The notes beneath the pieces were generated by a model, which did not search any database, was not told where the DNA came from, and was given only the letters and a program-made list of their open reading frames with translations. The translations under genes and the position numbers were made by a program. Source: Sporosarcina sp. FSL K6-1508 (lineage in GTDB: Bacteria > Bacillota > Bacilli > Bacillales_A > Planococcaceae). Taken from it: 40,000 nucleotides of DNA. The stretch is from the NCBI RefSeq assembly GCF_038007465.1, contig NZ_JBBOXF010000001.1, positions 1,206,275 through 1,246,274 of the forward strand, in the 5' to 3' direction. Below are positions 25,978 to 33,720 of the stretch, one piece after another (the first letter of the stretch is position 1; each line of letters begins with the position of its first letter).

Positions 25978-27055
25978 TTTTTTGCAGGAAACCGAACAAC
26001 AAACACATGAAAAAATGATAAGAATGGCCCCTCCAAATATCGACACTGTGGAGGGGTCTTTATATTTCGATCACACAGCTCCGACCGCCAAGGTGAAGGC
26101 TGAACTCGTCGAGTACGAACTGACTCTAACTTTAATGATGATGTTCCCGCAGTTTGCTTCAGGTCCGTTCCTTGATTGGCACGGCGAACCGATCGGCGTG
26201 TTTCGGAGGGTGGCCACACATTCAACCGGCGACGTTTTGATCATCGGGAAACCTGAGACCATTATCCCCCGCGGCACGCTGCTCGCCACGATAGGCGACG
26301 AGAATGAAGCGGGGTATCTTTTTGAAGTCGTTAACACCGTTGCTATAGATGCGAATGGGCAGGCGTTGCTGCGAGTGAAAGCTGTTGATCCGGGAGTAGA
26401 AGCTAATGTTCCGGCGGGGTCCATTCAAGGGATCGTCGGTTCAATAAATGGAGTCACAGCTATAACGAATCCAGAAAGAACTGAAGGCGGTACAGATGAA
26501 GAGGGCGACGAGTCGTATCGTTTCCGCGTCGTTGACAGGCACCAAAACAAACCGCTAAGTGGATCCCGAAAAGATTATGAGCGTTGGGCAAGAGAGGTAT
26601 CTGGCGTCGGTGACGTCATTGTGTTGCCGCTTTGGAATGGACCTAAAACAGTAAAGGTCCTTGTGACTGACTCTGAGAGGCAGCTTGCAACAATCGAGCT
26701 GATAGAGGCTGTCCAGCTGCACATCGCTCCAGATGGGGACTTGGGCGGTGGACTTGCTCCAATTGGGGCGTTGGTAACAGTAGATACAATAACGACTGTT
26801 CCTGTGGTTATTGCCATCACATCTTTGGTTATTGCTGAAGGCTACGAGCTAGAAGAGGTCAGGCAGAACATCCGGGATAGCATCAACCTCTATTTTTCTG
26901 ACAAGCCGCTGGTCAAGTGGTCGGAGGTGGGTGCTGCCATTACCAATACTAAAGGCGTGGCGGACCATGGTGGCTGGCTGCTCGATGATTCTATCAACAA
27001 TATCATTCTTGAAAAAGGGGAGCGCGCCGTCGTTGGTGAGGTGTTGATCGAGTGA
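25955..27055 (+). CDS. baseplate J-like protein (XkdT-like)
   Basis: 366 aa; size and position match the baseplate J family. Confidence 0.6.
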   Translation: MVEFSLPDFLQETEQQTHEKMIRMAPPNIDTVEGSLYFDHTAPTAKVKAELVEYELTLTLMMMFPQFASGPFLDWHGEPIGVFRRVATHSTGDVLIIGKPETIIPRGTLLATIGDENEAGYLFEVVNTVAIDANGQALLRVKAVDPGVEANVPAGSIQGIVGSINGVTAITNPERTEGGTDEEGDESYRFRVVDRHQNKPLSGSRKDYERWAREVSGVGDVIVLPLWNGPKTVKVLVTDSERQLATIELIEAVQLHIAPDGDLGGGLAPIGALVTVDTITTVPVVIAITSLVIAEGYELEEVRQNIRDSINLYFSDKPLVKWSEVGAAITNTKGVADHGGWLLDDSINNIILEKGERAVVGEVLIE

Positions 27056-27897
27056 TAAAAATAACTACTGACACAGGGCGGGAAATGCTTCGCTCTGTGC
27101 TGCCTATCTACAACGATGATGAATATTCCCTAGCGATATTTGAAGCGAACGGGAAGGTCATGGATGAGGTCAGAACGGTCGTTAAACAAACACGGAACCA
27201 GATGTTTCCGCAAATGGCTACCTGGTCGCTGGGTTGGTGGGAGGAAAAGCTCGGGATCACCGACATGGAAAAAAGGCCGCATCAAGAAAGGATCCACCGG
27301 GTACTATTCGAACTGAATAAATATTTCACTATTACTCGTCACCAGATGGAGATCATCGTCAACAACTATGTCGAATTAAAAAGCGCCAAAGTTGAAGAGG
27401 TGGACGAGGAGTATGCATTCCGAGTTGTTATCCCGGCCGGCCATAAATCTGGCGTTGGTCTACGTGCTGCAGTTGAAGAGTCGAAGCCTGCCCACTTGTT
27501 GGCCATCTTCGAACAGGCCATAAGCGCCGGGGCCATCATCATTACAGATGACACTTACCACTATCCTGTTTTTTATAAAACTTGCGGCGAGTTCTCTGGT
27601 GAAAAAGAAGCAGGCTTGATTGATGGCGGAGAAGTAAGCGTGGCGAATGATACCTACCATTACTTTGTTGAATACCCGGTGTCGGTGAGGGAGTCCTTGT
27701 TATTGGAAGGCGCCGAATTTAGCGCAGCGGATAACACTTATACATATCCCAAAACGTTCCCTGTTTGCGGAGATATGGATCCACTTGACAAGAGAGTTAG
27801 TTCCACAGAATCCCGAACCGAAGTAGATACAGGCATCTACAACTTCGGCATACACCATCTGGTTTGCGGCGAGTTTTACGCGGAAGGAGAAAGTTAA
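27052..27897 (+). CDS. baseplate/tail-fibre-associated protein (XkdU-like) with C-terminal Tyr/Cys repeats
   Basis: Overlapping start. Four copies of a D-x-T-Y-x-Y-P....CGE-type motif in the last ~115 aa. Confidence 0.5.
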   Translation: MIKITTDTGREMLRSVLPIYNDDEYSLAIFEANGKVMDEVRTVVKQTRNQMFPQMATWSLGWWEEKLGITDMEKRPHQERIHRVLFELNKYFTITRHQMEIIVNNYVELKSAKVEEVDEEYAFRVVIPAGHKSGVGLRAAVEESKPAHLLAIFEQAISAGAIIITDDTYHYPVFYKTCGEFSGEKEAGLIDGGEVSVANDTYHYFVEYPVSVRESLLLEGAEFSAADNTYTYPKTFPVCGDMDPLDKRVSSTESRTEVDTGIYNFGIHHLVCGEFYAEGES

Positions 27898-28236
27898 ATG
27901 GATGAATTCAAATTTACCCCTAATCAATATTATGTTGATGAAGGTCGGCGCAGATTCGCCGATATAGCCAATTACGCAATTATTACGATTGACGGAGAGG
28001 GCTATGAGTACCCGATTGCCGAGACTATAAATCGTGATGGTTTCTTCAAGCATTATTTTGACGTAGAGGACGAGCCGGTGGGGAACATCGAGCGTATCGA
28101 GTTATTCACGGAGAGCGGCGCTTCTTTAGGTTCTGGAGTAGGGTATATAGAAAAGGGAGACGACGGCTGGCAGATTGCCATTAAGTTGTTCGTCACGCTG
28201 AAGGAGGATGAAGAGAATGACGCATCCGAAGGTTGA
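27898..28236 (+). CDS. hypothetical tail protein (112 aa)
   Basis: TAAATG junction with the previous gene. Confidence 0.45.
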   Translation: MDEFKFTPNQYYVDEGRRRFADIANYAIITIDGEGYEYPIAETINRDGFFKHYFDVEDEPVGNIERIELFTESGASLGSGVGYIEKGDDGWQIAIKLFVTLKEDEENDASEG

Positions 28237-28591
28237 GCTGGGTGATTTATTAAATGAAAAGTATGATTACGATCCAACAGTTTGGCATGACAAGGTAGAT
28301 GATCCAGAAGGCGACCGCAGCCATCCTGGTGTAAAGTTCACCGCTAAGCGCGGGAATAACCTGGAGACTGGTTCTGATCTTGCGCATGATCGGTTGAATA
28401 ACGTTGTTGATTATCTAGAAGACGCGGATCGCACGCAGAAAAACCTACGTTTCGAGTTTCTGCTGCTAAAAGCTTCAGTCACAAGTGGCCTGACGTCCAA
28501 TATTTTTGTCGACAATTTCGGGTCGCTCGACGGAATCAATTTAACTGCTGGTGTTCATGATCCAGAATTGCAAAGGGTTTACTTGCCTTGA
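28217..28591 (+). CDS. small tail protein, possible fibre anchor/adaptor (124 aa)
   Basis: AAGGAGG lies 10 nt before ATG 28217. The stop overlaps the avd TTG start. Confidence 0.45.
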   Translation: MTHPKVELGDLLNEKYDYDPTVWHDKVDDPEGDRSHPGVKFTAKRGNNLETGSDLAHDRLNNVVDYLEDADRTQKNLRFEFLLLKASVTSGLTSNIFVDNFGSLDGINLTAGVHDPELQRVYLP

Positions 28592-28926
28592 CCAAGAAGT
28601 TTGACATCGAGAAAAAGGCCGAGGAGGCACTGGACTACGCTTATCCAATTATCATGAATTTTCCTAACTCCGAAAAGTTCGCTCTGTCCCAGGAAATAAA
28701 GCAGGCGTTCTATGCTTTGTTGCGTTATATAATGTTGGCGAATAACGTAAAAAACAAGCGAAGGGAATATCAAGAGGAGGCAGACGCGAATCTGAAGCTG
28801 GTGATAGTTTTGTTCAACATTTCCAAAAGACAAAAGTATATCACGCAGAAAAAGAATATTCAGCTGCAGACTCGACTGGCCGAGATCGGTCGGATGATCG
28901 GTGGATGGATGCGAAACACTAAATGA
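28588..28926 (+). CDS. avd: DGR accessory variability determinant (Avd; four-helix-bundle, 23S rRNA IVS-protein family)
   Basis: 112 aa and basic. NFPNSEKFALSQEIKQAFYALLRYIMLAN matches the P..EKF.L..Q signature of this family. Immediately upstream of the TR and RT. Confidence 0.8.
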   Translation: MTKKFDIEKKAEEALDYAYPIIMNFPNSEKFALSQEIKQAFYALLRYIMLANNVKNKRREYQEEADANLKLVIVLFNISKRQKYITQKKNIQLQTRLAEIGRMIGGWMRNTK

Positions 28927-28947
28927 AATATAGAGGGATGGGACTGG

Positions 28948-29042
28948 ACGGCTCGAACCGTGTCAATCGCGGCAACAACTCAGCTCGTAACTTCAACAAC
29001 ACGACTGCTTCGAATCGCAATGTGAACATCGGTTGGCGCCCG
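28948..29042 (+). repeat. DGR template repeat (TR), 95 bp
   Basis: Ungapped match to 30803-30897 (offset 1855), 84/95 identical. All 11 mismatches are at TR adenines. Non-coding location between avd and the RT. Confidence 0.9.
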
Positions 29043-29189
29043 CCTTGTTAGCTAGAACCACTTTACGATCAGTATGTTTACGGATGTACTGACGGGTCTT
29101 TGAAATAGAACTTCAAGGGAGTCCCATTCCTTCGTCATCTCGAGACGTAAACACATGAATAGTCGTAACGCCGACCGAAAGGAGCCGTT
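28948..29189 (+). ncRNA. putative DGR RNA (TR plus ~147-nt spacer preceding the RT gene)
   Basis: By analogy with characterised DGRs, where the TR and downstream spacer are transcribed and prime cDNA synthesis. No structure has been verified here. Confidence 0.4.
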
Positions 29190-30266
29190 ATGGCGAAAAA
29201 AGTTTTTAAGTATGATGATCTTTATGAAAAAATAATAGCATTTGAAAATCTTGAGTATGCATATAAGCAAGTCATAAAAGGGGAGCGCAAGTTTAAACCA
29301 GACGCTGTCCTTTTTTCTATGCTTTCAGATTTGAACCTGGTTAATCTATGGCGTGATTTAAAGACTGGGAAATATCAAGTCGGCAAGTATATACGGTTTA
29401 AAGTCTACGAACCTAAAGAGCGATGGATTTCGGCGCCTACCTTGCGTGATAAGATCGTTCAATTTGCGGTCCATTACATTATCAAGGATGTGTACAAAGG
29501 CGTCTTTGTTTCGGACTCTTATTCCTGCATTGAAGGCAAAGGCACGCATCGCGCTGCTCATTCGGTTCAACGAGACCTAAGAATTGCCGAACGCGAATAT
29601 AAAGATCCCTGGATTGTCTCGGCAGACGTCAAGAAATTCTTTTACTCAATCGATCGGTCGATACTCAAGCGTCTACTACGTAAGAAGATAATGTGCCGGA
29701 AAACTCTATGGCTGCTCGATTTGATTATCGACAGCAGCCCTGAGGGTGACGTCGGTATTCCGTTGGGTAATGTAACCAGTCAAGATCTCGCTAATATTTA
29801 CATGAATGAGGTGGATCAATATGCACAAAGATTTCTAGGCATCAGGTATTACAACAGATACGCTGACGACATAATCGCTGTAGTTGACGGAAAAAAAGCG
29901 GCGCAAACCCTTAAGCGGGATTTGTGTCGTTTTTTAAATGAACGGCTGAACCTTTCGGAACACGAGGAGAAGACTCAAATTTTTCCGCATGCCCAGGGCG
30001 TCAATGCTTATGGGTACAAAATTTGGGCGTCCCACATGCTTGTCCGTGATCAATCGAAGCGCGGCGTAAAGAGGCGTATGAAGTCGATGGATAAAAAGTT
30101 GAGTGCTGGAGAAATCGAATTGCACGATGTGCAGCAGTCGGCCAACTCTTGGATTGGTCATGCTCGACATTCCAACTCGTACAACTTGGCAAAAAAGATA
30201 TTTTCCCCGTACCCCTACATTGATATTGAAGGAGATGAATACTTTGGCAACAGGCGATTTAATTAA
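29190..30266 (+). CDS. DGR reverse transcriptase
   Basis: 358 aa. Catalytic YADD (NRYADDIIAVV). The IPLGNVTSQDLAN motif (GxxxSQ) is characteristic of DGR RTs. AAAGGAG RBS. Confidence 0.9.
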   Translation: MAKKVFKYDDLYEKIIAFENLEYAYKQVIKGERKFKPDAVLFSMLSDLNLVNLWRDLKTGKYQVGKYIRFKVYEPKERWISAPTLRDKIVQFAVHYIIKDVYKGVFVSDSYSCIEGKGTHRAAHSVQRDLRIAEREYKDPWIVSADVKKFFYSIDRSILKRLLRKKIMCRKTLWLLDLIIDSSPEGDVGIPLGNVTSQDLANIYMNEVDQYAQRFLGIRYYNRYADDIIAVVDGKKAAQTLKRDLCRFLNERLNLSEHEEKTQIFPHAQGVNAYGYKIWASHMLVRDQSKRGVKRRMKSMDKKLSAGEIELHDVQQSANSWIGHARHSNSYNLAKKIFSPYPYIDIEGDEYFGNRRFN

Positions 30267-32538
30267 ATTAGGTACTTTTTTCAAAGCAAATGCAAAGCAG
30301 TTATTGCCAACTAACCCGTGGCGAAGTGGATCCACGCCAGGCGGTGGAAATATCCCGGTATTTGCCGCAGGGCAAGCGTTAGAAGTTAGGGACACCGATC
30401 CGAACGATGCATATAAACTGCGCTGGCGCGAGCTTGTTATCGGCTCGAAGAAACTGCTGATTGCAGATAGAAATATCCTGGAACAGGTATCTTGGGATGA
30501 TTTAAACGCCCAGGGCCTCGTTACAGGGAAAGAAATCACTATTGACGGCCAACAATATAAACTCCGCTTGATGACAGGTGGATCGAATTACCGGAACACG
30601 TCAGATGCTTACGCAGGTGGAACGCCAACCGCGAATGAATGGGATCAGATTATTTCCGGAGAAGCGAATTATCCAGGGCTTCCAAAACCCGCAGCTTCGG
30701 ATTTGGATTCTTCTTTAGTTCCAGCTGACCAAACGAGCGCACACAACCAGTTTTGGAATTGGTATTACATGTACAGCTGGGTTCAGGAAGTATATGCTCC
30801 AAACGGCTCGTACCGTGTCTTTCGCGGCTACCACTCAGCTCGTTACTTCTACTACACGTCTGCTTCGAATCGCTTTGTGAACATCGGTTGGCGCCCGGTC
30901 TTGGAAGTTCTGAATTCTGCACCTCTGATCTCCGGAGGTACTCAAGATCTCGGGAACAAAACAGCGCCTTTTGCAGTGGAGTACCAGGTTGTTGATCCAG
31001 AAAATGACGCGGTAAGCGTTGTCGAAAAATTAAACGGAGTCACAATCCGGACGATTCCTAATGTTTCGCAAGGGGCGACACAAAAGATCGAGCTTACAGC
31101 TGCGCAATGGGCCGCAATCCCTCTGAATGTCGCATCGACAATAACTGTCGAGGCGACCGATTCTAAAAATGCGAAATCAACCAGGGTCTACACGTTCACG
31201 AAAACCAACGCGCCACCGACAGCGACGGCGATCGAGCCAAAAGGAGACCTTTCCAATATCGCGATTGTCGATACACTCACGCCTATTCTTGTCCATTCTT
31301 TTCACGATATTGACGTAGGTGATTCGCAATCTGCCTATCAATATGTTATTGAGAACCTTCAAAATGATGTCGTGCATGATTCAGGCAAAAAATCTTCAAC
31401 CCAATCGTTCTACCAAGTTCCTGCATCAGTATTGAATTGGGGAGACCGAGTAAAGTGGAAAGTTCGTGTGTGGGATCGCTTTGATGTGCCATCCGAGTAT
31501 TCATTCCCGGAGTTTTTCATGCCCAACCGAGCGCCGTTCGTAACGAACCTTCAGCCTGGCAGCAATGACGCAGAGAATCCAATGGGTGCGGGAATGGCCC
31601 CGGAGTTCTCTTGGGATTTCGAGGATCTGGATTTAGAGGCACAAGCGGCCTATCAGCTGAAGATATTTAAAGCATCTGACGACGTGCTTGTCTATGACTC
31701 GTCTCGCGTTAATCAAAACGTGCAAAAACACCAAGTACCAACTGGCCGATTGGCAGAGGGTACTATTTTTTATGCCATCGTTACAGTCTGGGATCCGAAT
31801 GGTTTAAAAAGGGACAGTGAAAAATCGTACATTCGAACGAATGCAACGCCGAGCGCCCCTCTCCAAACGGGTCCGATTGATAATTTCCGGACGACGCTGC
31901 AGCCGACTTTCTCGGGGGTTATTGGAACCGATCCGGAGGATGACGGGATGCACTTCGCGATTCAGATTTCAACCGATCCGACCTTTGTACAATATTCCCT
32001 TACTTATCGTAGTGATGTGGATCGCGCTGGCTGGAAAGTGAATGGTTATGATATTCCGGAGGCTGGTGTATTTAACGATCAGCAAGGTCAAACGGTTTCC
32101 TATGCGCTGCAGGTCGGTCTCGATCGGAACAAGACTTACTACTGGCGAATGGCTGCGGTTGACGCCGGAACGAAAGCGCGCGGCGTGTGGTCGGTTAGCC
32201 GTCGAATACGTGCAGGGAATGAGCTCAGCTTCGGCATTAAGAATCCAATCAGTACGCTGGGTGTGGCGGCTCGCAGGATCTTGTTTGCGGCCGACTACCA
32301 ATTGCCGACCGATGGCAGCAATAAGGCGACTATCAAAGTCGAGTTTTCTAATAACGCGCTTGACGCTGCTCCGACATGGGAAGATGCGACTGCGCAATTC
32401 TTATCGATGGATTATTACAACTTCACAAACACAGATAAGACAGCGGTTGAATTCGCCATCGGAGTGCGTGTGTCAATCATCGCGAATGATTCGATGGCCC
32501 CAATCAGCATTGAAGCTATCGGATTGACGTTTGATTAA
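30235..32538 (+). CDS. DGR target protein: N-terminal lectin/FGE-like variable domain plus C-terminal beta-sandwich repeats (putative receptor-binding tail fibre); start ATG 30235 or TTG 30244
   Basis: Contains the VR. The VR-encoded segment YRVFRGYHSARYFYYTSASNRFVNIGWRPV resembles the R-x-x-RGG....R-x-A-x-R....IGFR ends of FGE/CLec-type DGR targets. Overlaps the RT 3' end. Confidence 0.8.
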   Translation: MNTLATGDLIKLGTFFKANAKQLLPTNPWRSGSTPGGGNIPVFAAGQALEVRDTDPNDAYKLRWRELVIGSKKLLIADRNILEQVSWDDLNAQGLVTGKEITIDGQQYKLRLMTGGSNYRNTSDAYAGGTPTANEWDQIISGEANYPGLPKPAASDLDSSLVPADQTSAHNQFWNWYYMYSWVQEVYAPNGSYRVFRGYHSARYFYYTSASNRFVNIGWRPVLEVLNSAPLISGGTQDLGNKTAPFAVEYQVVDPENDAVSVVEKLNGVTIRTIPNVSQGATQKIELTAAQWAAIPLNVASTITVEATDSKNAKSTRVYTFTKTNAPPTATAIEPKGDLSNIAIVDTLTPILVHSFHDIDVGDSQSAYQYVIENLQNDVVHDSGKKSSTQSFYQVPASVLNWGDRVKWKVRVWDRFDVPSEYSFPEFFMPNRAPFVTNLQPGSNDAENPMGAGMAPEFSWDFEDLDLEAQAAYQLKIFKASDDVLVYDSSRVNQNVQKHQVPTGRLAEGTIFYAIVTVWDPNGLKRDSEKSYIRTNATPSAPLQTGPIDNFRTTLQPTFSGVIGTDPEDDGMHFAIQISTDPTFVQYSLTYRSDVDRAGWKVNGYDIPEAGVFNDQQGQTVSYALQVGLDRNKTYYWRMAAVDAGTKARGVWSVSRRIRAGNELSFGIKNPISTLGVAARRILFAADYQLPTDGSNKATIKVEFSNNALDAAPTWEDATAQFLSMDYYNFTNTDKTAVEFAIGVRVSIIANDSMAPISIEAIGLTFD
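30803..30897 (+). repeat. DGR variable repeat (VR)
   Basis: Cognate of the TR. Substitutions occur only opposite TR adenines (10 A->T, 1 A->C). Ends in the GC-rich GGTTGGCGCCCG shared with the TR. Confidence 0.9.
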
Positions 32539-32556
32539 TAGGGAGGGGCGGAAGGT

Positions 32557-32769
32557 ATGAAACCGATTGTTGAAACAGAACTCAGCGAGATCAGGCGCCA
32601 GGAAGAGTTACTTAAGGCGAAAGACGCCCAGCTGCAAAGCTTGGGTCTCTCTCTCGCTGAAGAAAAAATAAAAAATGTGCAAAAAGACGCAATGATTCAG
32701 TCGATTGGGCAGCAACTAGCCCAAGTGAAAATTGATGTCGCATTATTGAAAGGAGCTGTTAGTCAATGA
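32557..32769 (+). CDS. coiled-coil small protein (XkdW-like position)
   Basis: 70 aa; GGGAGGGG RBS. Confidence 0.5.
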   Translation: MKPIVETELSEIRRQEELLKAKDAQLQSLGLSLAEEKIKNVQKDAMIQSIGQQLAQVKIDVALLKGAVSQ

Positions 32770-32924
32770 GCTTTTGGGAGCAGGCATATGGCTGGGGATG
32801 GGTTACGACTGAGCAATTAAGGCTGATTGTTATTACTGATAAAATGCCCTACGGAGAGATAACTGAGGACGGTTTCCACCGGATCACAGGTGAAACTTTC
32901 GCCCAAGAGGAGGGAATCGATTAA
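32766..32924 (+). CDS. XkdX-family small phage protein (52 aa, not in ORF track)
   Basis: MSFWEQAYGWGWVTTEQLRLIV...ITEDGFHRITGE matches the XkdX-type pattern (W..GW.T.EQ....IT.EE...ITG). ATGA overlap with the previous ORF. Confidence 0.65.
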   Translation: MSFWEQAYGWGWVTTEQLRLIVITDKMPYGEITEDGFHRITGETFAQEEGID

Positions 32925-33116
32925 TTGACTTTAGATTTATCTGAAGCGGCATTGCAGAACGGAAAGGGCAAGAGTTCGAATGCGCTGCTGCTGGACGTGA
33001 TCACCGCGCAGGAGGATTTATTGAACGCTAAAAATGCGGCCATGATTAGCCTGTTAAACGAAAATGTTGAGCAAGAAGCGTTGATCGATGAATTGCTGAA
33101 AGACCATATTGATTGA
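32925..33116 (+). CDS. hypothetical small protein (63 aa, TTG start)
   Basis: Open frame followed by a terminator. Confidence 0.4.
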   Translation: MTLDLSEAALQNGKGKSSNALLLDVITAQEDLLNAKNAAMISLLNENVEQEALIDELLKDHID

Positions 33117-33141
33117 GGGGCGCCTGTTGGCGTCTCTTTTT
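33117..33141 (+). terminator. rho-independent terminator
   Basis: GGGGCGCC / GGCGTCTC stem (two G-U pairs), TGTT loop, TTTTT. Confidence 0.6.
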
Positions 33142-33162
33142 AATTAAATTAGGAGGTGCGAC

Positions 33163-33447
33163 ATGCAAATTGAATTAGGCATTGCGATAGCAATCGGTAG
33201 TTTCGTTATCGGTTATTTCACGTTTAGAAAAAATCATGATAAAGACGTCAAAAACGATGCAGCAAAAGAAGCAGTTATGGATGTGAATTTAAAGCACATC
33301 AAGACCGGCGTTGACTCTATCGTCGTAGACATGAAAGTCAGGGACAAACAATTTGACGAAATGTCGAAGGAACTTGTCCGAGTTGGCGAGAGTACCAAGT
33401 CAGCCCATAAGCGCATCGATAAAATTAGCGGTGGCAGAAATGTATAA
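33163..33447 (+). CDS. lysis-cassette membrane protein (XhlA/BhlA-like: N-terminal TM plus coiled coil)
   Basis: TM segment IELGIAIAIGSFVIGYFTF followed by a charged helical region. AGGAGG RBS. Position is before the holins. Confidence 0.5.
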   Translation: MQIELGIAIAIGSFVIGYFTFRKNHDKDVKNDAAKEAVMDVNLKHIKTGVDSIVVDMKVRDKQFDEMSKELVRVGESTKSAHKRIDKISGGRNV

Positions 33448-33718
33448 AATCACTCGTGTAAAACGCCAGAAGGAAACACGAACGGAGTTCTCCAAGAAGA
33501 TCCTTGTCGTGATGTTTATTTTCACGCTGATTATTGCCGCTTGTGCCATCGCCATGTCGTATATGACGCAGACTACAGACGTCTACGCTTATTTGATTCC
33601 AGCAATCTTTGCTGAGCTCTCGGTTGGGACCGGTTTCTACTATTGGAAGGCAAGGCGCGAAAATGAAATAAAATTGCGTGGAATTTACGGGGTAGAAGAA
33701 AACGAGGAGGATGAGTAA
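33440..33718 (+). CDS. holin-like protein, two TM (92 aa)
   Basis: ILVVMFIFTLIIAACAIAMSY and AYLIPAIFAELSVGTGFYYW, with a charged C-terminus. Confidence 0.55.
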   Translation: MYKITRVKRQKETRTEFSKKILVVMFIFTLIIAACAIAMSYMTQTTDVYAYLIPAIFAELSVGTGFYYWKARRENEIKLRGIYGVEENEEDE

Positions 33719-33720
33719 CT

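Noticed and set aside
28927-28947. Possible upstream extension of the TR beyond 28948.
   Set aside because: 28935-28947 against 30790-30802 shows mismatches at G, C and T positions as well as A, so the repeat boundary is at 28948/30803.
29052-29270. 72-aa minus-strand ORF across the TR-RT spacer and the RT start.
   Set aside because: It overlaps the RT start and the expected DGR RNA spacer, and has an AT-rich low-complexity translation. It is not credible as a gene.
30103-30234. Upstream extension of the target ORF (track start at 30103), and the alternative-frame ORFs 31817-32041 and 32042-32527 within it.
   Set aside because: The extension lies deep inside the RT coding region with no RBS. 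The GGAG at 30231-30234 supports a start at 30235/30244. The internal ORFs are out-of-frame with Arg/Ser-rich junk translations.
30898-30945. Looked for the GC-rich hairpin/cruciform that follows the VR in some DGRs. Found only ACCTC/GAGGT (30921-30925 / 30935-30939) and the palindrome CTCCGGAG (30929-30936).
   Set aside because: The stems are 5 bp or lack a loop. This is too weak to call a target-recognition structure by eye and needs a folding calculation.
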